DNA of 64,000 bases from Fimbriosthenelais zetlandica (lineage: Eukaryota). The stretch spans positions 22,072,001 through 22,136,000 of the forward strand of contig OZ365116.1 in NCBI GenBank assembly GCA_977030845.1, in the 5' to 3' direction. The translations under genes were made by a program, and so were the position numbers. Shown here one piece after another: positions 10,217-23,330 of the stretch. The stretch's first letter is position 1. Each line of letters opens with the position of its first letter. Below the pieces are notes generated by a model. That model saw nothing but the letters and a program-made list of their open reading frames with translations. It was not told where the DNA came from and did no database searches.

Positions 10217-12599
10217 TTTGATGAGCAGCTTCTGCATGGCAGGCATGATTCACACAATGATATCCACGCCTCCCATGGATCAACCTGTGTCTGATACCCT
10301 CCACTTGTGGATGTCATTTTAGGGAAGAGCAGATGGAATATTCAGGTTACTCCTTGTCCTCCGAGCTGGGGACATGACTCTATTATGGTTTTGCATGAGA
10401 GATGGCCAAAGAAAGGTGACGAAGAAGAATGAGAGACGAGTGGGTCATAAGCAGAATGAGCAGCCTCAGTGGGTGGAGGAGTAGCAACAGGAATAGAGTG
10501 TATGAGATTTATATCTGTTTCTCTGGTCGAAAAATATAATCGACATTATAGAAGAGAAAAGAATTCGTCTTCGTAATGATTGCCCCATCATCCAATCTCT
10601 GAGACCATGTGTATATTTTAAAATATTCATGCATTCAAAGATGATTCACAAGTTGAGATGAATCTTTATGTAAAGAGTAGCTAGTTCCCAGCTGCCGGCC
10701 AGCTGATCCATCCTGCCCAACGGGATCAACTGTGGCAGGTATGTAAATAATGGGACGTGTAGGCAATCGTCATGGTTGCTTACATTTAGTTTATATGTTC
10801 CTCTGGCTAAGCTAAAGCTATACCACACTCCTTTCACATCCACTCCCCGCTCAACACAGCCCTATTCACGAGACTGTGGAGCTGTGCCAAGAATGGTATC
10901 TACAATTTTAATCTGGAAATTGGTTGAGGGATTTGGTTGTCACACTGGGGTCTGGAGTATGACGGTGAGCAACCTGTGTACTGATGGATGAGGAGGCAGC
11001 TGGCTGGAGGACTGCACTAACTAGTCCTGCCCTGAAATCCCTGCACTCAAACCCAACCAAGCAATAATCTTACCCGAAAGCATTTCATCACTTCCTTCAT
11101 ATTCTGAGTTGATTTTCATGTCCGTTTTATTTTTGACCTTATTTTATGCCAATCTCTGTAACCATGTTTTGGCATAGGTTTTTAACTTGAGAAATGTCAC
11201 CATTGTGTTGAGTGTCCAGTCGTGAATACGAGGCTGTATAAAGCGGTAATAAAACACCTATTTAGGGGACATTAGATGTCACGGAGGGAAGCTTGGATGA
11301 ATGGATTATGAAGGATATAATGCAAGAGTAGGCTCATCACAAGCCATCATCCACTCCTCGTAAAAGAAGGATGAATAATTTAGACACTTTTATTTGTCTA
11401 CTCCCTCTCTCACTTTATATCCATCCACCTAGGCCATAAAGGTGTTGTTACACATACTTTGAGGTGCCGCTGTGATTTTATGTCTACATTAGTGGGTGGA
11501 GCTATTAATTCACTGTCATAAGGGACATCATATTTCTTATGTAACAACCTGCCGAGCATAATTTGTATGGGGCATGGATATGTCACATATTTTCTTGAAA
11601 TTAACTCTTGTAGTCTTGTATTTTCTTATAAGTAACTCTTTTTTGACGGTAAGAGGGAAAGGAAGAGGGAATGATATAGTTTATTCACCTCCCAGTGATC
11701 ATTTCCGCGGATGGGAAGTAGTTTAAGTGCCTGGCAAATTAAATGGATGTCCTCGGGGAACCATGCAAAGTCACCATTTGCCACACCCACCTGCTTCCTG
11801 ACTAAAAGTGTTGAGCATCTTTACCTCTTTCTCACCGTTTAGTGTCCCTGTCTTCCCGTGTGACACACAAGACGTCCCGTGGGAGGGATGTTATGCATGC
11901 TAAGAAGCTGAGCCCCAAGCAGGAGCATGTGTCATAGTGTGTCTGCCTGTATCAGTATTGAAAAATGCATCTTTAACTCATTGCTCTCCTATTTGCAATT
12001 GCTGTGTTGTCCAATTTAAGGCAGCAGTGTTACCAGCTGGGCCGTACAATACAAAGCAGATGTTCAAAATCCCGTCAACGTACACATACAATGGGACTGG
12101 AACAAGATGATGGCTGACAGGAAACTAATAATCAAAATGGAATCATCTTGTGATTGGGGTTTGTAAGCTTTGAATCTGTCCAGAAAGATAATGAAAGATA
12201 AAATGATGAGCATTTGTCGTTTGTGAATGGGGAGAGAACGTTGTAGGTGTCCTGCAGTTCTGTGAAGGTTTTTATTGATGGTCTCCCAACTTAATGAGGA
12301 TAAGAGAAAGAAAACAGACCACCATCACTGCTGGAAAGGCTCTTAAATAAAGCCTAATTAAAAATCAAGTATTTACATCACAAGCTTCAATTTCCTGACC
12401 TTTGATAGCGAATACTGTTTTCATGTGTCGCAACTCGAGGCTGGATTCCATCAAGAGACGAATTTTTTATTTCTGCAAATCCTGAATTTCCGCGCTTTTC
12501 TTTTTTCAGCTTCGAACTTTCGTCAGATTTTCAATCTGGTTTATTTGCGCAGACATGCAGTCTGTAGTGATGACTTTTAGAAAACATAACCTCCTCACA

Positions 12600-12910
12600 T
12601 TATTGGTTTGATCTGAACTTTTATCACAGATCCAGGTCTTGTAATGAAATATGTACTCATCCCAGTCTCAATTAAAACTTTGTTCAAACTGATCTTGAGG
12701 CAGGTCTCCACTGTTGCGATTTAACAGTAGTGTCGCAAGCAAAATAGCAGTAGTAGACTCCCGGCTTCCTATGGCCGACTTCATGACTGGAATTCTATCT
12801 AGAGATTGGAGCTAATAGAATGAATGCCTACATTATCAAACCTAACATTTTCAAGAATTGCTACAAGCAATTTTTCCTGAAGCTGTTGTATTTTCTCTTC
12901 CATTCCTGGT
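12600..12910 (-). mobile_element. Decayed RTE/CR1-like RT fragment
   Basis: NCL*QFLKMLGLIM (~SLL...KIL..I+), EVGHRKPG and RESTTAILL (~Q.GFR.G.ST.DAI), ISLNKVL (~IDL.KAF). Several frameshifts. Confidence 0.4.
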
Positions 12911-13137
12911 TTGATTGTTTGAGATGTGGTCATATCAAGAATACAGACTTGAAGGCGGTCGTTGGCTGCGCTGTGGTTAAGAGACACATTCTATGCAATA
13001 CTTCCCCTGTTTGTTAAATCTGCCTGATTGATGGAGTGGAAATCGATTTTCTTCGAGTGCTCCCCGCGTGGGCAAATTGTGTTGTATAATTCTCCAGGCA
13101 TTCAGACAGTGTAGCCCTGGTCTAGATTAGGATCCTA

Positions 13138-13518
13138 CACTGTAAAAACTAAGTGGCCTCCGTCGGTTACAACTGGCGGTAAACTGGGTTACCTTCGTGT
13201 GGAGTTAGCGCTAATTGATTTCACATAAAACGAGGCATAGACTTTCCCAACTTTTTGGGATTCGACTTTTATTGTCGGCGTACAAATCGATGTTGACAAA
13301 TAGGCCACTTTTTTGCTACCAAATCTAGCACATATTCAGATCCGATTTTCACATACACTTTGCCGACTGTCTCCCGACAGCAAAATCAGTTTCAATTTAG
13401 ACAATTGGTTTGATTATGGTGCAGAATGTAAAGACGACCAGAATGTCATTGCACTTTGAAAATTTGGTTTCCTTGAACCACAGTAACCAGAATTTCTTAA
13501 AGGCATTGTTTTACTGTG
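13138..13518. mobile_element. Candidate non-autonomous DNA element with CACTG-type termini
   Basis: CACTGTAAAAA at 13138-13148 and TTTTACTGTG at 13509-13518 form a 10-bp terminal inverted repeat with one mismatch. The interior is non-coding and relatively CpG-containing. Confidence 0.35.
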
Positions 13519-13528
13519 TGCACCCGAT

Positions 13529-13690
13529 CCAAAACCAATGTTGGTATAAGGTTATGCTCAAGGTGCCATAACAAATTTCTGAAAACTGTGCCCAGCCAAA
13601 AACCAACATTTGCGTTTGGTGTGCATATATATATGTCTTATGCCAAATTCTGGATATGTAACTGTGCCAAAAACCAACGTTGGCTTGTGC
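13529..13690. repeat. Degenerate ~68-70 bp tandem repeat, three copies
   Basis: CCAAAA(A)CCAA.(G/A)TT(G/T)G recurs near 13529, 13596 and 13667, preceded by AACTGTGCC in copies 2 and 3. Confidence 0.55.
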
Positions 13691-14289
13691 CTATATGCCA
13701 TGCCAAAGTAAAATGTCACCTTTGGGGAGTGTGAAGGTGGCAGAAGATGCATGGACTGGGACAATCTGACTGTGATAGCTTGACACTGCCTGTGATTACT
13801 CCATCCTTCATACTCATTATTATCGATGACTCTTTGTAAATGCAATCCTCCCTCTGATGACATGACATTCTGACCTCCATACAGGCTAGTGGCACCCGCC
13901 ATATTACGTCCACCTGAAGCTGGCAGGTTCTCAGCTTGTGAAAGGGAAGAGAATGAGACCCAACCAGCACAGTGGAGATGTGTGAAGTACCATATGCGCC
14001 TCGCATCTTGGATGTATTGAAGCAGAGTTAATTGCATGAGTCGGGTGGACTAGCCTACCACTTCAACGATTAGAGACGCAATTTCCCCTGCTCCGCCATC
14101 TTTTGACAAACCCACCTTCACAGGGCATTGTGCTGGGGTCCGAATGATTGATTCACAATTTCTTCAGCGCAAAGAAGCTGAGAGTTCATTGATTCACTGG
14201 CATTGATTAAGTCTGAGATGGAAGCCTGATAGCACCTGCGAAGGTGTTAATGCTGCCATTCCATTGCTTTTTTCCAACCCCGCCTTGCC

Positions 14290-14590
14290 AATCGATGCTG
14301 GGCAGACCTTGTCAAGTGACATTTAACGTTTATCCTAGGCCTGGTTACCTGCATAGTTCACATGCTTTAGTGTTGTGGCCTCGCCTTCATTCCTTCCCAT
14401 CAAATTCTTTCCTGCATCCAACCATCTTTCTATAAGGTCCACATCTCTGCTGTGATAAATGTACAGATGGGGAGAGGAAAACACTCTGTGTACATTAGGG
14501 GCGTCATTGTGATAGAGGATAAAAACCACTGTGGCATTGCTTTCTCGGCTCTTTTTGCTCCCTGATTGCAGTCTTCTCACTGCCATCAAG
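14290..14590 (-). mobile_element. Decayed CR1/L2 LINE RT fragment
   Basis: MPQ (shifted frame, ~GVPQG), FILYHNDAPNV (~LF..YIND.P.V), RDVDLIERWLDAGKNL (~.DL..I..WL.ANKL.LN) and KHVNYAG (~V...YLG). Confidence 0.6.
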
Positions 14591-15269
14591 GGACTAATTG
14601 AATATTTTAGTCTGCTGGCCTTGATACCGCTCTACTTGTAGCTACATTCAATTTTTATACTGTCAGAAATGGTATGATTAAATTTAAGAGGTATACCAAT
14701 GACTGTAAATAGTCTTTTTGAAGTCATACTTTTTCAGACCGTTTAAAGAAAGCTTTCTTTAGGAGCGTTTTTAAGGATGTTCTTGTTGGTTCATTGTAAT
14801 TTGCCTCTCCTTAAGGGTCGACTTTAGCTATGATTACTGCCTGTAAGACTAGTACCTGCTATTCTTGATGAATCCCAGCACCAATTGTCTTGTAGAAGCT
14901 CGATCATCCTTAGCACGAGGTTTCTGTATCAAAGTCAGTGAGATCCAGCTTATCAGGCCCTGGAGGCTGAGCGTTGGCCGGATGGTATCAGTCTTAGACA
15001 ACATCCCTGAAGCCTCTATCTGCGTGTAGGACCAGGGCCATGATGGAGAGAGCTGACTACACTACAACTTGTAAATCCATTAACAGGCGACAGGCAAAAT
15101 GGCCAATTCTTCACCTCCCCTTTCACTTTTTACCAGATCAGCTGATGCCAACCGGAGCTTAGCAATGGGCTATCTAATACACGCAATCTCGAAAATGCAT
15201 AGAATCTATTTGATACCTTTAATGGGAATGCTCTTTACATTGTTACAAATGCGCAGTGCTGTCAGACAA

Positions 15270-15550
15270 TTGTGAGAACCAGCAGATTGGGTTGATGGCT
15301 GAAGAGCGCATTATGAAATTTATTATCCTATTTAAGGGAGCAAACATGTTCATTGCGTCAGTTTCTGACCAAACTTCTCATAATTTCATTTGTTTTAGCT
15401 CCCTTCACATCCATACATTTTATTCCCAACTCGGCATACCAGGTGCAAGAAGGGTCACTATTCTCTTAAGCTTTTTTTCAGTACTCCAAATTCCCCCCAT
15501 TATTATCGTGGGGGAGGTGCATGGCCCTGCCACAGGAGTGTTATAAAAGT
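15270..15550 (+). mobile_element. Decayed LINE RT fragment
   Basis: NQQIGLM (~Q.GF), SDQTSHN (~FD.+.H), QLGIPG (~.GI.G) and LPQE (~PQG), in order. Confidence 0.33.
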
Positions 15551-16019
15551 GCTATTCTATTAGCTTCTAAATGATGTGGGACCTTTGGTCTTAATGACCA
15601 GTCACCTACGGTCCATTAGGTGCTTGTAAAAGCTGCCAATGGCACACAAGGCATGAGACTGAAGCTACGGTGTGTGTGTTATCAGTTCTGATCATGCCTG
15701 CTCTTCTCCCCTCCTGCCAGACTCAATGCCAAGCCTGCTAATACCTCCTCACTTGGTGAAGCCAAGGCTTATATGCCTTATTCATGTCTCACGCCAGGAG
15801 CACCCCTCACTTCAATTATTCCTCCGTATCTATCACGCTATTTACTACACACAGATGGACCAGTTTTCATAAGTAAACAGGCAAAGGTTTTCCACAGCTG
15901 AAGCATCGATAGCCCCGCAGCTTTATGTTGAAAATGAAATCTGTATGAACTGTATATCAATCTGCATGTATACATAAAACTAATTCTTTGCAATCATGAA
16001 ATCCACTAAGCTCTTCAGA

Positions 16020-17210
16020 TTAAGGTATATACAGACAATCAATTTCCGTTCCTAGCAATTTTGCTGGACTTTTGTTTTTCGCTTTAAGTACATCCCCGCC
16101 ATCGAGTGATAAAGGCCTGCTCTGGCAAAAAAGAAGCAAAATGTTTGTATCTACTGTAATGAGAAAAATATGAAAATACAAAGTAAGGCGATCAAAGTGT
16201 AAGAGGAGATTGACTGATACTCGCATGTTGCTGGGCTCCTGCCTGAGCCTAAGAAAGCTCTTCATCAGCTACTCGCATGTTTGCAATGGCTTCCTAAGAC
16301 CTTACATATCAAGAAGATGATGTCTAAGAAATGTAATGAATGGTCTTACTGATGAAGTTTTCTCAAACCATGTCTTGACATGAAATAAGACAAGTTTGCT
16401 TCTCAACTATATCTCTTAAAAGCATGTCACGAAGCATGAAAATCTCCACCGGCTTCTATAGTGAAGTGGCGCTTAATGTCTTCAGCTGTACAAATATGCA
16501 GCAATATTCATCAGTGGGGGGCAATAATTTCTTAGTAAATCCTCATCCTCTAACTTTAAAGTCACTAATGCAGCGAAAGAATAGCTAGGGCGACAGACTG
16601 GATTAATGATATTAATTATGAAAGAATGGCAGCCTCGCCTGATGTTAATCAATTTAGTCGATTGGCACACTTGGTGTTTTATTGCAGCTTTTGATATTGC
16701 TTTGGTGCTGGCAGCATCTCGGATGGAAGGCACCTGTGAGGGTGAGATGAGAATGTTGACACGTCGCTTTTATTGACCGCCTAAATGAGGGCCATATACT
16801 GGAGGAGAGCTTGGCACGGAGTGAGCCAGTATCAACCAGGTGCTACCAGCCAGGGTGGTGACCCAACCACCACCCAACCCTTATTACAGCTGTTATTATT
16901 ATTGGCTTTCACTAATACTCCTGGTGTGAAATACCAGTGAGCCTTATAAGGCCTCCTCCCATAGACCTACATTATAAGATGATGGATTCATCGCATGATA
17001 AAGATTCTGGGCGTTAAGCATTTGCATGTAGAGCAAAGTGATGAAGTCTTGATGTTACTCCTATCTTCTGCCCGCGTCTGAGAACTGTCTGTGAATTGAG
17101 CTATAACCAAATGAACCGTCACTGGCCCCTGATGAACTACCCTCATGCATTTACTTTGACTCACAAACCAATCAAGCTCTGACCACTCTCCAAAACTTCC
17201 AACCAAAATC
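16020..17210 (-). mobile_element. Scattered decayed LINE RT pieces (probably more than one copy)
   Basis: SELDWFVSQSKCMRVV (~L.WF.SYL..R.Q.V) near 17150; INIRRGC and Y-AEDI (~YADD) near 16460-16660; AKLLGTEID (~VKLLG+.ID) near 16050. Confidence 0.3.
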
Positions 17211-18539
17211 ACTACTATCAATATTTGAGGGGAAGTTCGTGAATACTTCAGAACCCCATCCTATCTCCCAGTGCACCCCATATATACACAAAGCTCTGAT
17301 GAGACACCTAGCATCCTGTATTGATGTGTTGGTAAATATAGTTTCCCCTTGGGCACGTCCCTAGTAAATAGGCGTGTAGGCCATGTAATGTCTTATACGG
17401 TGGAGAACCGAAGTCAAACTCACGGACTGGCTTCTAATTAAGACGAAGCTTGTGTTTCTCTCCCTCCAGGAAGTCCCATAAACTTTTCTGTATATAACTG
17501 GGTCTGACTATATTAAATGCCACTCTATACTAGTCATACTGCCCTATAGTGAAGCCTCAGAATTCTCTAAGACATCGATTTATACACTGTGTTAAAACAA
17601 GTTTGGCTTCTTTCCCGAGAAATATTGAAATGTGGCTCAATTTACCATAGATCCATATATGGTGCAAGTACAAAGTCAGAGTTTAAATCATATTTTGCTG
17701 GTGGCAGTGCCAGCCTGGATGGGAGACTTTCAGTATCTTTGGCTGTATTCACATCCCCCGGAGGATTGTATTGATCGCTTGAGTTGTCTCTCCCTTAAAC
17801 GGTTCGCCTTGTTTGCTTGGAACGGCCTCCCTTATTGACAACTATCCAAGAGCAAATGCAAAACCACCTAACAAATGTTAAATCGTTTGGGGTCTGTGTG
17901 GTTCAAGTATTCTGTAACTTGGGATAGAATTGAGTGCATCCTGTCATCTGAGTTGTCTTGGGGAACATAAAACAAGTTCAGAGTTAGAGTCATTACGTCT
18001 GCTTAACCTTCTCTTTGCTTCTCTGCAGACAGTCGGCAATTTTTATTTTTATAGAAGATCATGTGTTGAGGAGCTTCTTGCATGTTGTATATATTGTGCA
18101 TTAAGGTGTTATCCTGGCTTTATTTATAGCAAGTAGTTACTTACTTTTTGGTTATATGCTTAATAAATAAGTTAAGATTATATTCCTAATAAATAAGTTA
18201 TTATATTAAAGCTATACATAGCTTTGATATTGACGCACGGTCTTAGCTAGAAGCAGGACTAGAAGGCCTAGAACTGTTTGACGTCGGCAGTCTGAGTAAG
18301 AGTAAATGTTTTCCTTAAAGGTGTGGGAGGAAGGCCTGAATAGTCAGGTTACAGGGCGGGGAATGTACACAATCATGCATAATGTAGAGAGTTGTGTATC
18401 ATCCCGACCAAACACTCCACTACCTCCACCACCCCTACACACACTCACACTCACTGAAGCTGGCAGCAGAAGAGAGATTGATTTGTATAAAGAACCACCA
18501 GCAGCCAGCCAGGCATCGCAATGAGGACAATGTCAAGAG

Positions 18540-19300
18540 AGGCGTGTCAGTCTGACTAAGCCTATTTGCTCCAATTTCGATGCCATGTTCTGACACAGGA
18601 TATGATATGTGTCCCTGCATCGGTACCATGTGTGGCCAGGCCTGTTGGGCACAGAACCCTGTCTGCAGCAATTGTGACCACCCAATGAGCAGCTGAGTGT
18701 CAAAAGGTGAGACTGACAGACCCTCGCTTGGCACACTTTTATGATGTCGCATGCAAGGAAAAATAAAAGGAGACCCAAAGCAGACCCCTGCGGCAACCCA
18801 CATTGAAGGTGGTCTCTGACCCTGCAGTCATTAGTTTTAATTTTCTCCTCACATCTGGCAAAGGGACAATGTGTTGGCTGAGGCAGTCACTTCACCGAAA
18901 ATGGCCATAGAAGGTGACTGGAGAAGGCTGAGAAGTGAGATAATTGGCTTTTGCCAGGATGATTAACAGTTGGCCCAAGGAATGACTTCAGTCAAGTGTT
19001 CCCTGCTGTGTAAATGGCATATTACCATTAAATCATTGTCCTCAGCAATGAGTAATCTTACAAGCTTACAACCTATACCTTACGTCGACCAGATTTCATG
19101 GGTATGATTAAACTGTTGCCATACATGCAAAGATGAGATCAGAGTATGGATATTTATTTGGCGTTTTATTCATTATATGGGAATGGTTGATGCCTGAGTA
19201 AATGCAGGCTGTAAGATGGTAAGAAGAGGAACGATTTGGCTGAAGGCAACATGCCAATATGTTACCATGCCAGAATTACAAAATGCATAATCCAAAACCC
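18540..19300 (-). mobile_element. Decayed CR1/L2 LINE RT domain
   Basis: Ordered motifs: FCNSGMVTYWHVAFSQIVPLL (~FN.SL..G..P..WK.A.+VPL), LD*SH..TVNH (~LDLSKAFDTVNH), CGLPQGSALGLLLFFLACDI (~GVPQGSVLGPLLF..YINDI), PFDTQLL (~FADDTQL) and LLQ....QQAW. Confidence 0.68.
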
Positions 19301-22129
19301 AGGAGCCATCATTACAAATAGTAACTGTGATGGTTATTGGGGCATATTTGGCAATTTCCCATCGCTATATTGAACGGACATAAAAGGGGTTATTTTGGAT
19401 AATTGAGCTCAAATAGACAATACACCCGGGGCCTAATCATCTGCCAAGCTATCCCTCAGTCTGGAGCAGAATTGGCATCCATGTAATATGTATAAAAGTG
19501 CCTGAGTACACATGGCTGATTGTAACATCCTTTACATCTATACATGCACGCAATCATAACCAAAATACCAAGTCAGCAATGATTGCTTACACACGGCCAG
19601 AGTCAGGAGTCGTTCTCTCTTATAGCAAGCGGAAGATGAACACCATCCCCTCTAATAAACTAGCTCCGTCTAGCCAATCTCTGATATCCTCTTTCAATTG
19701 CTTTTCGCTGAATCCCATGAACAGGTAGTCTAGTCATAATTATAGGTCCTAGTTTTATATCCTCCAGTTTGAAATGATGATCTGGCTTTTGATGTGTCCG
19801 TGCTAAGCTCCCATGTGTGCTTTATCTTTATTATATGCCGCTTGTAGAATATATTCTCGGTCATATTCTGATGATCGAACTCCTTCCCCCTCTCCACAAA
19901 CTTGCCTTATCCTGGCTGGCTGGTCATTGGCAGACAATCATAGAGCATAGATTATGTCGGGTGGTGGGGTATTGATCGCTGCCTCATGGTATAATGATCT
20001 CTATGGATTATAGATGATGGCAGAGTGACCGCCGGATTAACGCCTGGTCACAGGTGCCGGATTACTGATGGATCAACAGATGGAATCCCCCCAGCCACAA
20101 AGATAGGCCACAACTTATCAATCATCTGTGATAACCCTGACTTACTAACATTGTGCCCTGATGGAGGCTGGAAATAGACTGCTGTGCATTGTTATTGCAT
20201 TGTATGAGGCCCACTTCCCTTGTGGCGATAATATATAGACAGCATGGACTATATGTTCATGAAGGAAATCTTGTAATTTGAAATGACTATAACATCTTTG
20301 TCTTTCACGTATGCGATGTATGAGAAACCAAAGTTTGAATAGATTCAACATTTGATTGGAGAAGCTTCATTTAAGAATGCCTCTCACAGGAAGGGCCTAT
20401 CTGATAAACCACGTGTCCACTGGGGACTTTAATAAATCAGCAACATTCAGGAGGCCCAGGGGTTCCATTCTGGATCAAAAGAAGGGGAAGGGTAGCTTTA
20501 TGAATAATTCAATATGTAACTCACTATACTGCAGCAGAAGGTTACTCAGATACTTATTGTTTGTATCATTCTCCTCTTTTGTAGTGTGTATTGTGTCTGA
20601 AGGTCGCAGTGTCGTATTGGCAATACCATTGCTTGCATACATCTTCAATTTGTTACTCTCGGGCAATGTGGTAAGGCAATATTACTGAAGCCTTAGATTG
20701 CCTATCAAGATATTTATTGTTGTCCATATCGTGTTGTAAAAGACAATCAGGTCAAGTGCGTTCTCCGGTAACATTGACAATGCCATTGCAGACTTACTCA
20801 TTCCTGTATTTAAATTGTTGTGTGTAATGTATGGCTTCACAAAGAGGAAATATGGTGGTTTTTATGTCTGAAAGAAGCTTTATTTTTATGGAAACAAATA
20901 AACGCCATCAGAATTCTATCATACCAGAGCAAGAGGCAAAGCGTGTCCCATTCCCCCAGCCGCTGACAGAGATAAGAACAACCCCTTATCTTTGCCTTGT
21001 ACCACGTGATAGCCTTGACAGATTCCATTCTAATCCTCGAGCCGAGCTTTTTTTTCTTCTTGCCATTTCTCTCTGAACGGGATTGATAGTGGATAGAAAG
21101 GCTGGAGCAAAAGCGGAAAAGGCAATTTCATCACCTTCCTATCTCTGACTCTATTAATGGAGTGGATGGTGTGAAGGCTGTGTGTCTGTCTCCTATATTA
21201 TATATGTCATTTTGTGGGACCCGTTACTCCTTGAATCATGGATCATACGTCCCTCTATATATAATAGGAAGCTCTGGTTGTCTATGGATCTAGGTCTGAA
21301 TCGCTTGTATATTGACTCAAGTCTGACTCCGATCATATATTACAGAGTCAAATATACTCCACCTTGGGAGCCTAACGCATATAAATGCAATATTTTGCTA
21401 GACTTTATAGATTCCCCAAGTTATAATTTTCTGCAATTTTAATGTCCATAGTATATAGCTAGTGTCCGGTATTTTGAATGAATCGTATAACATTAAATAC
21501 CTTAGCAGGCAGTTTTCATGATAGATTGTGAGTATTTTCTGATAGTGGGTCAAGCTTGTATCACTTGGTTCTTTGTAATAGGATTCGTGTCCGCCTCCAG
21601 ACGTCTGTCACTTTATAACATTGCCACACTTAAGTGGCTCACACTAATCCTCTGCGTTTTCCTGAGCTCTGCCAGTCAACAACTTTTCTTAGCTACAGTT
21701 TCAAGGCCACTACTGAGAGACATCAGCTCTCCAAGTCACAAGGGATCAACTGCCTTAGATCTTCTTGCCCCACCCTCCGTCACCTTACACCTCCCTCCCT
21801 TCATGTCAAAGTTGCTTTAAACTAGGATCAGTAAGGTAGACCATGGTCTCTACCAGAAAAAAGAGCGTAAACAGGCCATGCATCCATATAACATAGTGCA
21901 AAGACCTTTGAGATTTTGGCGACGTAACGAGTATGATATTTCCTAAGAGACAGAGTCAAAATCTGTTCTTGTCCTATATGTAAATCATCACAATATGGCA
22001 TCCCAGAAAAAAAGATACACGCCAATATGTAAGATTGTAAATAGTTCATGAGCCTTCATACCTCCGGAATAGGCGCAATCTGGGAGATACTTGGGGATTA
22101 CACATAAAGGGAGCTGCTCGATTCAATGG

Positions 22130-22825
22130 GGAGTTGCTGTTGAGCAGTTCACTGAATGTTTCACGCAGCGAGGGATCAGCCGCAATAAGCATTGAGGGCC
22201 CGATGCCAGTGGTTGGCTTATCGTCTGCTAGAGGTGGTACAGGAATCACGAGAGACAAGGCCGGACCGAGTAAAGAAGCAATGTTTGATTTATGACTGTT
22301 GAAAGAAGTCCTAGCCAAGGGCGGCCCGTGTTGGTTATGGTGGGGTGTTGGTAGGAGCTCAAGGATGTGGTTGTGTAGTGGATTGGGATGGCAGTCCCCA
22401 GCTGACCCTACCCCTGAGGAATCTCTGCTCGACCAGACACAAAATCATGCTGGTCATCTTGACCTCAGAGCAGTTCCTTATCAGACCAAAGGTCAAGTAT
22501 TGACCTGAGGTTGGGCCGGGCATAGGGAGCCAAGCTGCGGCCATTCCTTTAAGAGTCCTCGACTCGTGGAGTCACAGGAGGAAGTTCATGCTAATTTCCC
22601 AACTCAGGGAATCAATGGGCAGAGAGCCCTTTGCTCTGGAAGGGCTTTTCGCTGAGGGCCATGAGGTCGGTCAAGCCATGTTGTGATCAATTGGGTCCTA
22701 TTTGTGGCCCCAATGGACCAGCTATGTCAGGGAGTGAGGAGAGGCTCAGGGTCAGGCTGTGCTCCACTCCAGGGGCCTATTATCTGGAGGAGATCACCAT
22801 AAACACCAGAGTTCACATTTTATAA
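22130..22825 (+). mobile_element. Decayed Ty3/Gypsy-like RT remnant
   Basis: One frame gives KAGPSKEAM (~KARPVPYA+), SSRMWLC (~GS.RLC) and EESLLDQTQNHAGHLDLRAVPYQ (~EELLD.L.GA..FS.LDLR.GY.Q); later ERLRVRLC...YYLEEI (~GL.L...KC.F...YLG). No LTRs found. Confidence 0.45.
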
Positions 22826-22999
22826 GTCACACCCCTCACTAATAAGGTCATAATAAGGACACTGAGGGCCGCTAATGCAGTTTTGACTGGAACATACAGA
22901 AGTCGTCGAGTTAGGCCTGACCAATTGACACTCATATTGTTTCTTGACTATGCCATTTATGTGCTACTTTGGTACTGAACTACGCCTTTGATAAGACTT

Positions 23000-23330
23000 T
23001 GCTTGGTACTTGATATTCAATGCATTTCATTTACAGTATTACGGCGTATATGGTACAAATGTACATTGTCAAAGGCTTCTTTTTTAACCCAAGAATCATT
23101 CTGAGAAGGACAGGGAGGACTATAAGACTATTGTCCAATCATAGGCTAATGCATTGTTCCACAAGGCTCTGTACGAATGGCATCCACTTTGTCAAATCTC
23201 TCAGAAATGAGTCTAGTATATGTCCTAGACTCGGTAGGAGTTCTCTGTGCACATTCAGTCTGTCCGCTCCATCTTGTGACCAGTCAATTGTATCCGTCCA
23301 TGTGTCAGATGGTGGCCAATTCCTGCTAGA
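23000..23330 (+). mobile_element. Decayed CR1 LINE RT fragment
   Basis: LDI/NAFH-LQYYGVYGTN (~LD.SKAF...LQYYGI.GT.L) followed by VPQGSV at about 23154-23174. Confidence 0.58.

Noticed and set aside
13558-14037. 159-aa minus-strand ORF, the longest in the track
   Set aside because: No recognisable domain, and it runs through a degenerate tandem repeat. A faint likeness of LQRVIDNN to a Tc1/mariner C-terminus is too weak.
17451-17510. Strong acceptor-like sequence TGTGTTTCTCTCCCTCCAG|G
   Set aside because: No good downstream donor and no TMTC-like coding content. The spliced frame is already complete without it.
20475-20800. Possible minus-strand L1 RT relic (PDCL, FYNTIW)
   Set aside because: The motifs are too short and need several frameshifts, so they cannot be told from chance.
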